A stretch of DNA of 42,638 nt from Candidatus Poribacteria bacterium (GTDB lineage Bacteria > Poribacteria > WGA-4E > UBA9662), in assembly GCA_036339735.1 (NCBI GenBank), contig JAYZAL010000094.1:1-42638 (forward strand). Direction: 5' to 3'. The position numbers and the translations under genes are program-made. How positions within the stretch are numbered: position 1 is the first letter of the stretch; every line of letters starts with the position of its first letter. Below the pieces are notes generated by a model. That model was given only the letters and a program-made list of their open reading frames with translations. It searched no databases and was not told the DNA's origin. Positions 1 to 9,900 of this stretch are shown here, one piece after another.

Positions 1-1158
1 GTTTATCACAAGTATTCTCATGCTCAGCATATTGTTGATCGCTTTTTGGAAGGTTATGGGTGGGAGAATCGTCATCACTACCCAGCAATGGATTTAGTAT
101 CGCTCTATGTTGAGCAGGTAGGGGATAATGACTTAAGCCAAGATCGGGCCGAACGTTTTCAAAATCTGAAAATTTATCCTACCGTAGCAGACGCTCTCAC
201 CTTAGGTGGGGATAGTTTAGCCGTCGATGGCGTTCTCTTAATTGGTGAGCATGGCGACTATCCTACTAACGAAAAAGGTCAAAGACTCTACCCTCGCTAT
301 GAGCTATACCAGAAAATCATTGATGTCTACAAAGCTAGTGGAAAAACAGCTTCTATCTTCAATGATAAGCACCTATCTTGGGATTGGGACTGGTGCCAAG
401 AGATGTATGACCAATCTCAACAGCTAGGATTTGCTTTTATGGCAGGTTCTTCTCTTCCTGTTACTTGGCGTACTCCTTCTATTGAAATGCCATTGGGAGC
501 AGAAATAGAAGAAGCCATTGGCGTAGCCTATGGGGGGGTTGATGGTTATGATATTCATGCCCTTGAGACCATTCAATGTATGGTTGAACGTAGGGCCGGT
601 GGGGAGACAGGTGTCGATTGGTTACAGGCTTACAGAGGTGAATCTTTCTGGCAAGCCTATCACGACGGGGTTTGGTCACGCCGATTGTTCGAGTCAGCAC
701 TTAGTCGTAGTCATACACTTAAACCAAGCCGATCAGGTTTTAATAATATATTTCCAAATTGGAATGAATTACAGGAAATTGTTAAAGATCCAATCGCTTA
801 CCATTATCAACATAGTGATGGGTTAAAATCAACCATGATTCTGATGAGTGGTTTAATTGAAGATTTTAATTTCGCCGCCACACTGAAAAATCAAGATCAG
901 CCGATCTCAACTCAAATGTATTTGCCTATGCCACCCGCTAGAACATCGCTAGCTAATTTCTTTTCTCCTCAAGTAAACAACGTAGAACGAATGTTTTTGA
1001 CCGGTCAACCCAGTTATCCGGTTGAACGAACCTTGTTGACCAGTGGCTTAGTAATCGCTGGTGTTGATAGTCTAGATCAAGAACAAAGTAAACAATCGAC
1101 CCCACATCTCAAAATTGCCTACCAGGCAAATCCGGAATCGACATTCTGGCGAACTTAG
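1..1158 (+). CDS. Conserved protein with Gfo/Idh/MocA-like oxidoreductase features, 5'-truncated by the window edge (paralogue of the next gene)
   Basis: Frame is open from base 1 (VYHKYSHAQHIVDRFLEG), aligning to VYTYLSHAQHFADRLMVG of the next ORF. Shared motifs: AVDGVLLIGEHGDYP, IFNDKHLS, AGSSLPVTWR, HALE..QCM.ERR.GGE, YPVERTLL.SG. Confidence 0.8.
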   Translation, partial: VYHKYSHAQHIVDRFLEGYGWENRHHYPAMDLVSLYVEQVGDNDLSQDRAERFQNLKIYPTVADALTLGGDSLAVDGVLLIGEHGDYPTNEKGQRLYPRYELYQKIIDVYKASGKTASIFNDKHLSWDWDWCQEMYDQSQQLGFAFMAGSSLPVTWRTPSIEMPLGAEIEEAIGVAYGGVDGYDIHALETIQCMVERRAGGETGVDWLQAYRGESFWQAYHDGVWSRRLFESALSRSHTLKPSRSGFNNIFPNWNELQEIVKDPIAYHYQHSDGLKSTMILMSGLIEDFNFAATLKNQDQPISTQMYLPMPPARTSLANFFSPQVNNVERMFLTGQPSYPVERTLLTSGLVIAGVDSLDQEQSKQSTPHLKIAYQANPESTFWRT

Positions 1159-1180
1159 TTAATGGTCAACGGAGTGTGAC

Positions 1181-2380
1181 ATGATGAATCAACCAATCGA
1201 AAGCTCAGGTAAAAAGCGGATAGCTGTTATAACCACCGTTTACACTTACTTATCACATGCCCAGCACTTTGCTGATCGCCTGATGGTTGGCTACCCTTAC
1301 GCTGGTAAGTGGCAGGACCCAGGGACTGAAGTTGTTAGTCTCTATGTTGAGCAAAAGCCTGTTGGAGATCAAAGCCAGGATCGAGCTAAAGAATTCGGGT
1401 TTACCGTTTACAATACAATAGCTGAAACCCTACGCTGTGGTAGCGATCAACTAGCTGTCGACGGCATCCTTATCATAGGAGAGCATGGAAATTATCCTTC
1501 CAATCAATTAGGTCAGATACTATACCCCCGTTATGAGTTTTTCAAAGCTTGTGTTGAGGTATTTGAACAAGACGGACGATCAGTTCCCATCTTCAATGAT
1601 AAGCACTTATCGTATAGTTTTGAAAAAGCAAAAGAAATGGTTGATGATAGCAATCGGCTCAATTTCCCGATTTTAGCCGGTTCTTCTTTGCCTGTCACTT
1701 GGCGTTTGCCTGATTTGGAACTAGATTTTGGGTGTCAGCTGGAATCTGCCTTAATGGTTGGAGTTGGTGGCTCAGATCCAATGGATTACCATGCCCTAGA
1801 GGCTATGCAGTGTATGATTGAAAGAAGGCAAGGTGGCGAGTCAGGAGTGAGTTCAGTGCAATTGATAGACGGTGATTCTGTTTGGCAAGCTGGCCGCGAC
1901 GGGTTGTGGTCGATGGATTTATTAGAGGCTGCTTTGTCTAGAAGTGATACACCGTGTGGTTTGACTGACCAAGACGGCCGTACCCAGGACTTAATTCGTA
2001 CCGGCGAGTTGTACCGTTTAGTTGACAACCCATCCGCTTACCTGATTGAACATAACGATGGTTTTAATAGTGTCTTGTTAATGCTAAATGGTGCCGTTCG
2101 GGATTATTGCTTCGCCGGACAGGTTAACGGCCAAATAGTATCTAATCAGTTTTTCCTAACTCCAACACCGAATGTTACCTATTCAGCTTGTCTAATCAAG
2201 AAGATCGAAGAGATGTATTTAACCGGCCAAGCGCCTTATCCAGTTGAACGTACTTTATTGGTCTCTGGGACTTTGGAAAGCTGTTTGAAATCTCGCCACA
2301 GTGACCATCAGAAGCTAGAGACACCTCACCTAAACGTAGCCTATCAAGCTCCACCTGAATCACAGCATGCTAGAATGTAG
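1181..2380 (+). CDS. Conserved protein with Gfo/Idh/MocA-like oxidoreductase features (399 aa)
   Basis: Long ORF with GGAG RBS upstream. N-terminal KKRIAVI strand; DGILIIGEHG and FNDKHL motifs resemble the D.V.I....H / .EKP segment of Gfo/Idh/MocA proteins. Family assignment is by eye. Confidence 0.75.
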   Translation: MMNQPIESSGKKRIAVITTVYTYLSHAQHFADRLMVGYPYAGKWQDPGTEVVSLYVEQKPVGDQSQDRAKEFGFTVYNTIAETLRCGSDQLAVDGILIIGEHGNYPSNQLGQILYPRYEFFKACVEVFEQDGRSVPIFNDKHLSYSFEKAKEMVDDSNRLNFPILAGSSLPVTWRLPDLELDFGCQLESALMVGVGGSDPMDYHALEAMQCMIERRQGGESGVSSVQLIDGDSVWQAGRDGLWSMDLLEAALSRSDTPCGLTDQDGRTQDLIRTGELYRLVDNPSAYLIEHNDGFNSVLLMLNGAVRDYCFAGQVNGQIVSNQFFLTPTPNVTYSACLIKKIEEMYLTGQAPYPVERTLLVSGTLESCLKSRHSDHQKLETPHLNVAYQAPPESQHARM

Positions 2381-2473
2381 TCCTAAGCTTTACCATCTGA
2401 TATATTTCGACTAGCACTCATACTGGATATTAGGGGGTTTATTTCTTGATTCTACCCTTAATCCCAATGGTAT

Positions 2474-2866
2474 TCACCTATCTATCTCGATATTAACCTC
2501 TGTGTCTGTGGTGAGATCTAATTTTTCGGCAATCGATCCCTCATTGACAGCAAGTTTTATTTTTCCATCATCTCTATCAAAACGAGCCAGATACTGACCT
2601 TTGGGCACATCTCCATAATCAATGACCAGTGGACAGGTGATTTCTTTCCCATTACCAAATCGAACTCGTAAAGTTTGTCCAACTTTCAGGTGTGGAGATT
2701 GGTCTTTCTTAATAGAGCCAATAATGACGTTGCCGTGGCTATCAACTTCGGTTATATGATGCGTATCCTCGTTTGTTGTCGAAACCGATTTGGTGGCAAC
2801 GGAGCATCCAACTAACAAGTAAGCTAGAATCAGGCTTAGGGCTAATATAAGTTGTTTGTTATGCAA
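2474..2866 (-). CDS. Predicted lipoprotein consisting of a stand-alone SAM hydroxide adenosyltransferase (DUF62/chlorinase/fluorinase) C-terminal domain
   Basis: AAGGAG RBS 8 nt before a TTG start. Hydrophobic signal ending in lipobox LVGC. Motifs VDSHGN, YGDVPKG and KLAVNEGSIAEKLDL match the ID.FGN ... Y.dV..G ... EiAvN.G.Aa..Lgl pattern. Confidence 0.7.
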   Translation of the reverse strand: MHNKQLILALSLILAYLLVGCSVATKSVSTTNEDTHHITEVDSHGNVIIGSIKKDQSPHLKVGQTLRVRFGNGKEITCPLVIDYGDVPKGQYLARFDRDDGKIKLAVNEGSIAEKLDLTTDTEVNIEIDR

Positions 2867-3066
2867 GTCTAAGTCTCCTTGGCTAATAGTGATATTTCTA
2901 AACTATCTGGGATTGGGAGTCAATTATATCTAAATTAAGTTAATCCTAATTTTTAAATTTTGTTCTTCCGTATCCAAGATAAACATTTCGTTAAGAGTTC
3001 GGTAATCAAGCTAATTTTGGCAGCAATTAAGATTCTGGTGTTCCCTTCTTAGTTTTAATGTCTTGA

Positions 3067-3627
3067 TTAGTAAACGGATGCTAATTTTCCAGTTTCTAGA
3101 TCGTAGACCCAACCATGCAATCTTACTTTTTCATTAATATCCTTTATAATTGGGAAATCAGTTAATCGGTTTACTTGTAATCGAACGTTAGCTTCGACTA
3201 ATTGCTTCAATCTGTCTTTGGAAGATAACTCAACATCATCTCGAACTGTATCTAAGATTTCAGTTGCTGGTTGCAGCCATTTTTCGATAATGGGCGTATT
3301 CCCTCCTGTATCCAAAGCTTGGATACCACCGCAATTGTAGTGGCCACAGACAACAACATCTAAGATATTCAGATGACCGATGGCATATTCTAAAACAGCA
3401 GAGATGCTCGTATCACCAGTGGAAACAATGTTAGCAATATTGCGATGGACAAAAATTTCTCCCAATTGGCTATTTGTGATAGTTGTTGGACAGACCCGAG
3501 AGTCAGCACAACCAATCCACAATAAACTTGGTTTTTGTTGCCGAGAAATTTTATGATAGTAGGCCTGATTATCCAAAAAATTGCCTTCTACAAAATCCCG
3601 GTTTCCATTCACAAACTTTTCAATCAT
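3067..3627 (-). CDS. can: Beta-class carbonic anhydrase
   Basis: Zinc-ligand motifs WIGCADSRV and GHYNCGG, plus GEIFVHRNIAN and LHGWVYDLETG. Confidence 0.93.
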   Translation of the reverse strand: MIEKFVNGNRDFVEGNFLDNQAYYHKISRQQKPSLLWIGCADSRVCPTTITNSQLGEIFVHRNIANIVSTGDTSISAVLEYAIGHLNILDVVVCGHYNCGGIQALDTGGNTPIIEKWLQPATEILDTVRDDVELSSKDRLKQLVEANVRLQVNRLTDFPIIKDINEKVRLHGWVYDLETGKLASVY

Positions 3628-3677
3628 AACAATTAAATACTAGAATTCTCCGTTAACCGAGGATCAAACCTCAAGCC

Positions 3678-3998
3678 TTATTTGAGTATAATCATTTTTC
3701 GGCTTGCTTGCCAGATAGGATTGGGCTGCTCGTTCTGGGATGACAAATTAGCTTTCAGACGGTAGAAGTATATACCACTAGCTACTTGTTCTCCGTATTG
3801 ATTACGCCCATTCCAATAAGCGGCTTGATCCATACTAGCATATTCTCCTGCCGGTTTGAATCCAATCTTGAGGCTACGGATTAAAACTCCTGTAGTATTG
3901 TAAATTTCGATTTCTATCTCCGCATCAGCAGCTAATTGATATGGAATCCAAGTCTCTGGATTGAATGGATTTGGGTAATTTTGTCCTAGTTCAAATAC
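3678..3998 (-). other. C-terminal FlgD-Ig / T9SS type-A-like sorting domain of the giant protein
   Basis: FELGQNYPNPFNPETWIPYQL, IYNTTGVLIRSL, WNGRNQYGEQVASGIYFYRL, terminal RKMIILK. Confidence 0.85.
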
Positions 3999-6900
3999 CA
4001 TGGGGCTCGGCGTATTTTCACTATAGTTGACATTGGTCTCGATATGTGTTGGTATCAATTCTGAATTAGTATCGGCCAGCGCTAGATTTTTCACCCGAAT
4101 TGAGCTGACAGCTTCTACTGTATTTCCTTTTAGACGGAAACTTATTTTTGCTAATTCCATCTCTGTTGAATTACTAGTTTGATTATCGATACGTAGACCT
4201 GTCACATTTTTGATTTTCCCTACTTCTAACAATGGTTTAACACGATCTAGTTTTTGATCTCCAGAACGGTCAACAGCAACCACAGTCAATAGGTATGGGT
4301 CGTATTCTATACCGAATTGATAGCCAACAATTTGGCAGTTATCATCTATTTTTGTAGAATTGACAGTAAGTTCGAGGATTCTAGATGAACTACTTTCTAC
4401 TGAGTTAGATATACCGGCTTGTAAACCGATCTTAACATGGGCCGATTCGATTGAGACCTGTTGTGGTGCGCTACTAGGCTGATCTTCATAAACTTCACCA
4501 AAATGAATGGCTACAGTCACTAAGTCTTGGATATTTACGATTTCGTCAGCGTTAACATCTCCCATTAAGTTAGGTCCAACTTGACTGAAGTTATTAGCTA
4601 CGGTCACCAGATCTTGAATGTCTACTCGGCTGTCGGCATTAATGTCCCATGGACGACCGACTGAACCCGACAGACGGTAGGTTTCAAAGTACTTAGTATT
4701 AAATATGAATGTTTGTTTTTGTTCGTCAATTTTAGCGTTAGTGATTTGTTCCCACTTTTGCCCTTCAACTAAACGGAACAGGCTAAGATCAGCCGGGCTT
4801 AGTTCTTGGGGGTAGGGAATAGCTACTGTTGCCGATTTACTAAATTTGTTACTAAATACATCTCCGCTTTGAGAAATAGCTCGGAACCTACGCCCAGTAT
4901 TTTCGATAGCACCTGGAAGCATCGGTAACTCATCATCTGGTACAGATAAAAGTGAAACGGCTGTAAAAAGAGTTGCGTCGCGAGAAATAGCTCTCCGCTT
5001 AGCAGAAAATCTAGTTCCATCAGCCAGAGCTGCGGTTCCTCCCTTAGATGCAGCAATGATCGTGACATTGACGTTTTCCGAAGTTACGGCGCCTGGAAGG
5101 CCTGAGGGGCTAATGGATGTTAGCGCATAAAAATAGGTTGTTCCTAAATCAACATTAACATCTGTAAATGTTGTCCGGCTTAGCTTAGGCTGAAGCGGAG
5201 CCAGGAATGTGGCATCGAAAATCTGGCTTTCTGATCGGTAGACGTTATAGGATAAGGCATTGGGGTCAGCTACCCATCGAATCACTAGCTCTGACCCAGA
5301 AAATCCAAGGCCGCCTTTTAAATCAGTGGGTGCGGTTTGCGGGGGGGATGTACTCAGCACAAGTGTGGTTTCAACAACTTCACTCACATTACCTGCTAAG
5401 TCGATAGCAGATAGTCCAAGATTATTGATACCATCCATTAAGTCTATGGTTAGTTCGGACTCGCTACTACTGGTATCAATAGCCACCGGAACATCATTAA
5501 GCACCAGCGTGATCGACTGTGCCGTTGTTTTACTATTATCCTGATACAGTATATTTATTTTTTGGCTGGATAGACTCGCATGGGTTGGTAATTCCACGAA
5601 TTCAACTTTTGGTGCTTCTTGATCTAAAAAATAAACTATCGGTGGTGATACCGGACTTTGAAGCTGGGATTCACTACGTGAAAATGCTGTAACTTTATTA
5701 GTTCCATCGTCCAGCAAAATTCTGGGTAAAGTGAAAACACCATTTGGACTGACGCTGGCCATACCCATCGTATTATCATTGACAAAGATCTCCACTTCTG
5801 CCTGCCGACCACCAGCGTTGTCTGTCATTTGCCCTACTAATGGAACTTCGGGTGTATTAGTATAGACCTTTCCATTTTTTTCGTTAATTTCTATAAAATA
5901 TGCCTCAAACTCAAACTCCCCTGAAGCTGTCTGATCGTCTTGATTAGATGAATTATCTACCATCCGATTAGTAAATAAACGTGAGGCTTGGCGCCCTCTT
6001 CTTTGTCGATTGGTACTTTTTCCGCCGCTTAGGCTTGGGTTTTCAAATCCGACAAAAATCTGCCGATAATCAACCCATAACTGGCCTGAATCAGTATCTT
6101 CTGTAACTACAAACAAGCGAATTGTTTTATCTCCGGAAGTACTTTCAGAGGATTCTGCTACTTCGGATATCGCCATATATCTTTCTGCTTCAGCTGGAAC
6201 AGCATACGGTTTAGGTGAAATCGTCTCCAATTTCAGCCATACAAATTTAAATAGATCAATCTCTAGGTCTGATCTTTCTTCCGGAATAGTTCTGATCTGT
6301 TCCCAAACTTCTTTTTTCTTATCATCATTAGCCCAAGGTGGAGGATCTTGACCTAGGCCAATATCATCCGAGGGTAAGGTTGAATCTAAATATGATAGAT
6401 CTAACAAGGCCGCCACCACATTCTGGTTGGCGTTGAACGAAATATCAAATGCTTCACCAGCTCGAACTGTATTTGGCATAATACCAACTTGGCCAATATA
6501 GAAAGACTTGAACCGAGGTTCAATGCCCGGAGGAAGGGGTGGGGGTGGTGGCTCAGCCATAATTTCTGGTGCTGTCGGTGATTCCAGTGTCACATCAAAG
6601 CTCATTGTAAATTGGCTGAAGTTACCAGTCATGTCAGGAACAGTAATACTAACCGCATTGAGACCCGTAGCCAATTCCAGTGGACGTTCTAGGGCTCCTA
6701 GATCCATTGGATCTTCCAATGCCCCCAGTTCCAGTGGATCTTCCAACCCACCCAGTTCCAGTGGATCTTCCAACCCACCCAGTTCCAGTGGATCTTCCAA
6801 CCCGCCCAGTTCCAGTGGATCTTCCAACCCACCCAGTTCCAGTGGATCTTCCAAACCACCCAGTTCCAGTGGATCTTCCAAACCACCTAGTTCCAACTGC

Positions 6901-9900
6901 AAGCGAGCGTATAGTATCACGTCCCCTGTATTACGATTAAACCGGTTTGCACTTCCGGGGCCGAAGAGTTCATTATATACTACACCGTTGATTTCAACAC
7001 TCATTTCCTCAAAACCAACTTGGCTGTCAGAGTCAACCACCTGAAATTCCATGGCCATAAAATTGGTTGAACTAACTTCTTGGCCCGGACGTGGAAATTG
7101 AGGCATGATCGTTGGTGGACTATCATCTGCAACCTGTGAATCAATTTTAAAGTTGACTGTCTTTTGACTTTGATTTCCAGCTAAGTCAATCGCTGTTACG
7201 TAGTAAGCATATTCACCATCTTCCAGTGGATTCTGTGGTTGGACTCGCAATCTCCCCTTCTGAGGTTCGTATTCTTGATCAATTGGTATTGTTTCATCTT
7301 CAGCAGTTACTAGCCGGAGGCTGAAAGCTGGATCTGCTAGGTCTTTATCTTCTGACAAAATTGTTATTTCGATTTCACCATTGGAAAGTACATCCCCGTC
7401 CTGTGGTAAATTTTGACTGATGATAGGTGGCGCAAAATTAACCCAGAACTTACCTGAGTTGAAAGTAGTAGTGTTACCTGCTAGATCAGACACTACTACA
7501 CGGAAAGTATGTGCACCTTCATCGAATTCCGTTAATTCGGTCGAGTTGATTGCCGGAGTATAGCTGATTCGCTGTTTCTCTAAATCATAGTCGAATTCAT
7601 ATAAGTTTTTATTTCCATCGAGTATGAGTTGAATGCTAGAAAGATCGATTCCACTACCACCCGGATTGTCTCCCAAATCCGCCTCAATAGTAAATATGGA
7701 TTGACTCAAGTTCGTTCCTGGCTTAGGCTCAGGATTGCCTACTAGCGGCTGACGAATATCCGCCAATATTGACAGGGATTCCGACGGTGGGCTGACATTA
7801 TTGCCTTCGTCGCTGGCAATCGCAGAAATAATATTAGTTCCCTCGTCGAGTGCTAACCCGGCTTGGCTAAATTTACCTTCAGCATCTGCAAAGACTGTAC
7901 CTGCAGGCTTTTGATTAACTAAAATCTGAATTTTGGCCAAAGGTTCTGCCATACCGGTCAACAGAACTCTTCGCTTGCTTAGATATTGTGGTAATGGGTC
8001 AATAACGGGTGTCACTGTTCCACCATCGACTGTAAATCTAGAGTGAACTAATCTTTCATTACCAGCCTTGTCAAGAGCATAAATTGTTAATAGATGATCG
8101 CCGTCTGAGATAGTATCTGGTCGAAATTCAATTTTGCCCGGATCTTCGAAGTTTTGTTGATTTCTATAGGCAAAAACCTTGGAATCTATTGTTTGTCCAT
8201 CCAATCGAATTTGTACTTCAGCTAATCCACTATCAATATCATAAGCAGAACCTCGCAATGCAAATTCTGGGCTAGCTAACTCTTCACCATTAACTGTTGT
8301 ACCTTCAGCTGGGCTGACTCCAGAGATAACAGGTTTGGTTATATCGTCCAGATCAGTTTCAATCATGAAAACACTCGTTTCAGTCGCCATGTTACCTAAC
8401 CGATCTGCTAACTGTATTTTAATAGCGTGTGATGATTGATCGGCCAAGGGGGTTGTGATTGGAACTATCAGTTGCCCTGATAAGATATCGTATTGCCAGC
8501 CGTCAATCTCTGGTGTTTTAGCGTCGTTGGCTGGTAATTGTGTGTCATTGAGTGCTACTTGGAGCGAAGATAAATCAACACCGCTGATTGCTGAAGAGAT
8601 AACTGTCGAGTCTTTAATTATAGCTCGAATTTCGTTAATTTGTTTCAAGACTAGACCATCTGTAGGTTCGAGGGCTTCAAAAATGGGAGCCTGAGTGTCT
8701 AGGACCAAATGTGTTGGTTCTGAGGGGTTACTTTTCTTACGAATAGCATTAACCGCTACTAGCACGATTTCGTTCCGCCCTTCGATCAGTGGTACCTTAC
8801 CAATATAATTACCAGTCAGGGCATCAACAGGTGCTGTCGCAACCACATTTCCGTTAACGAAGAATTCAACACTTCCACCGCCAGGCATAAAATTGATGTC
8901 GAGTTGTCCCTCAATTGTGGTGGTTGGTGTTTGAATAAACTGGTCAAATGTTCCTGTGGCAACACTTACTGGGTCATCTTCCTGAAGTCGATTCAGCTGA
9001 GGTATTGTTGGGGTTGGTGGGAGACCCAAGACTTGAAAAGAACGCTCCATCTGCTTAATATTTTGGTTTTGGTCTCGCACATTAATTGAGACAACATATT
9101 GTCCGGTTAAGAGAGGATCAAGCGGGAACGTCATAAGGCTAGCTGATTTGCTATCGCTACTATCTAACGAAAAGTCCTGAACTGGAACAATTTGACTATC
9201 AGCCGATTTAGTCAAGGTTAACTCAATATTTTCTAAATTAAGATCTAAGCCACTCTCAGCGTCAGATAGATTGATTTTAATCGGTAAGTTGGCATTACCA
9301 GTAAACATACCTTCAATACCTGGGGAAGTAAAAACAACTTGTGGAGCTGTTCGGTCTGGAGCGTTCCGGTTTATTCTAAACTCCATTTTGGTTTCTGTTC
9401 TTTGCTGAGCAAGATCTAAAGCTACCACTTTAATTTGGTAAGTCGCTCCGTCTACTAAATCACGAAGTGGAATGACCTTCTCTGTCAGATTGTATCCACC
9501 ACGACCACTACGACGCTTACCTCCGTCTAGAGAAACCTCAGCGTAACCTTCCAGTAAAAATAAGTCTACAAATGCTAATCCACCACGGTCTGTAATTTCT
9601 ATTGGGATTTGTGGACGAACGTTGGCAATTTCACTGGCAGCTTGGAGACGGTTAGATTGACCAATAACTGGCTGGACATCAAAGACTATCTTGATTTGTG
9701 GTGGAACGGTGTCAACAATCAGGGTGATAGGTTGAGCCTGTAGACTGGTATTACCAGCAGTATCAGTTGCCGTACCACCAATTTTATAAGTGCTATCTTC
9801 GAGGTCCTCTAGCAGTAGGCTGAAATTACCCTCCGCATCTGCCGCTATAAGCTGGGTTAGTGAAGTGGATCCCTGCACCAAAATTTCAACTTCAGCACGT

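Noticed and set aside
46-48. TTG at 46 as start of the first gene
   Set aside because: The frame is open from base 1 and the upstream residues align with the paralogue, so the true start lies outside the window.
6670-6896. 27-bp repeats as a CRISPR array
   Set aside because: Units are head-to-tail with no unique spacers, are in frame within a CDS, and no cas genes are present.
6670-6896. LELGG repeats as double-glycine RiPP leader/core cassettes
   Set aside because: Embedded in an Ig domain of a huge secreted protein, with no peptidase-transporter or modification enzymes nearby.
6508-7044. Alternative-frame repetitive ORFs (PSSSGSSN, PVPVDLPT, WKIHWNWVG)
   Set aside because: Shadows of the 27-bp repeat; the variation between core copies is synonymous in the giant gene's frame.
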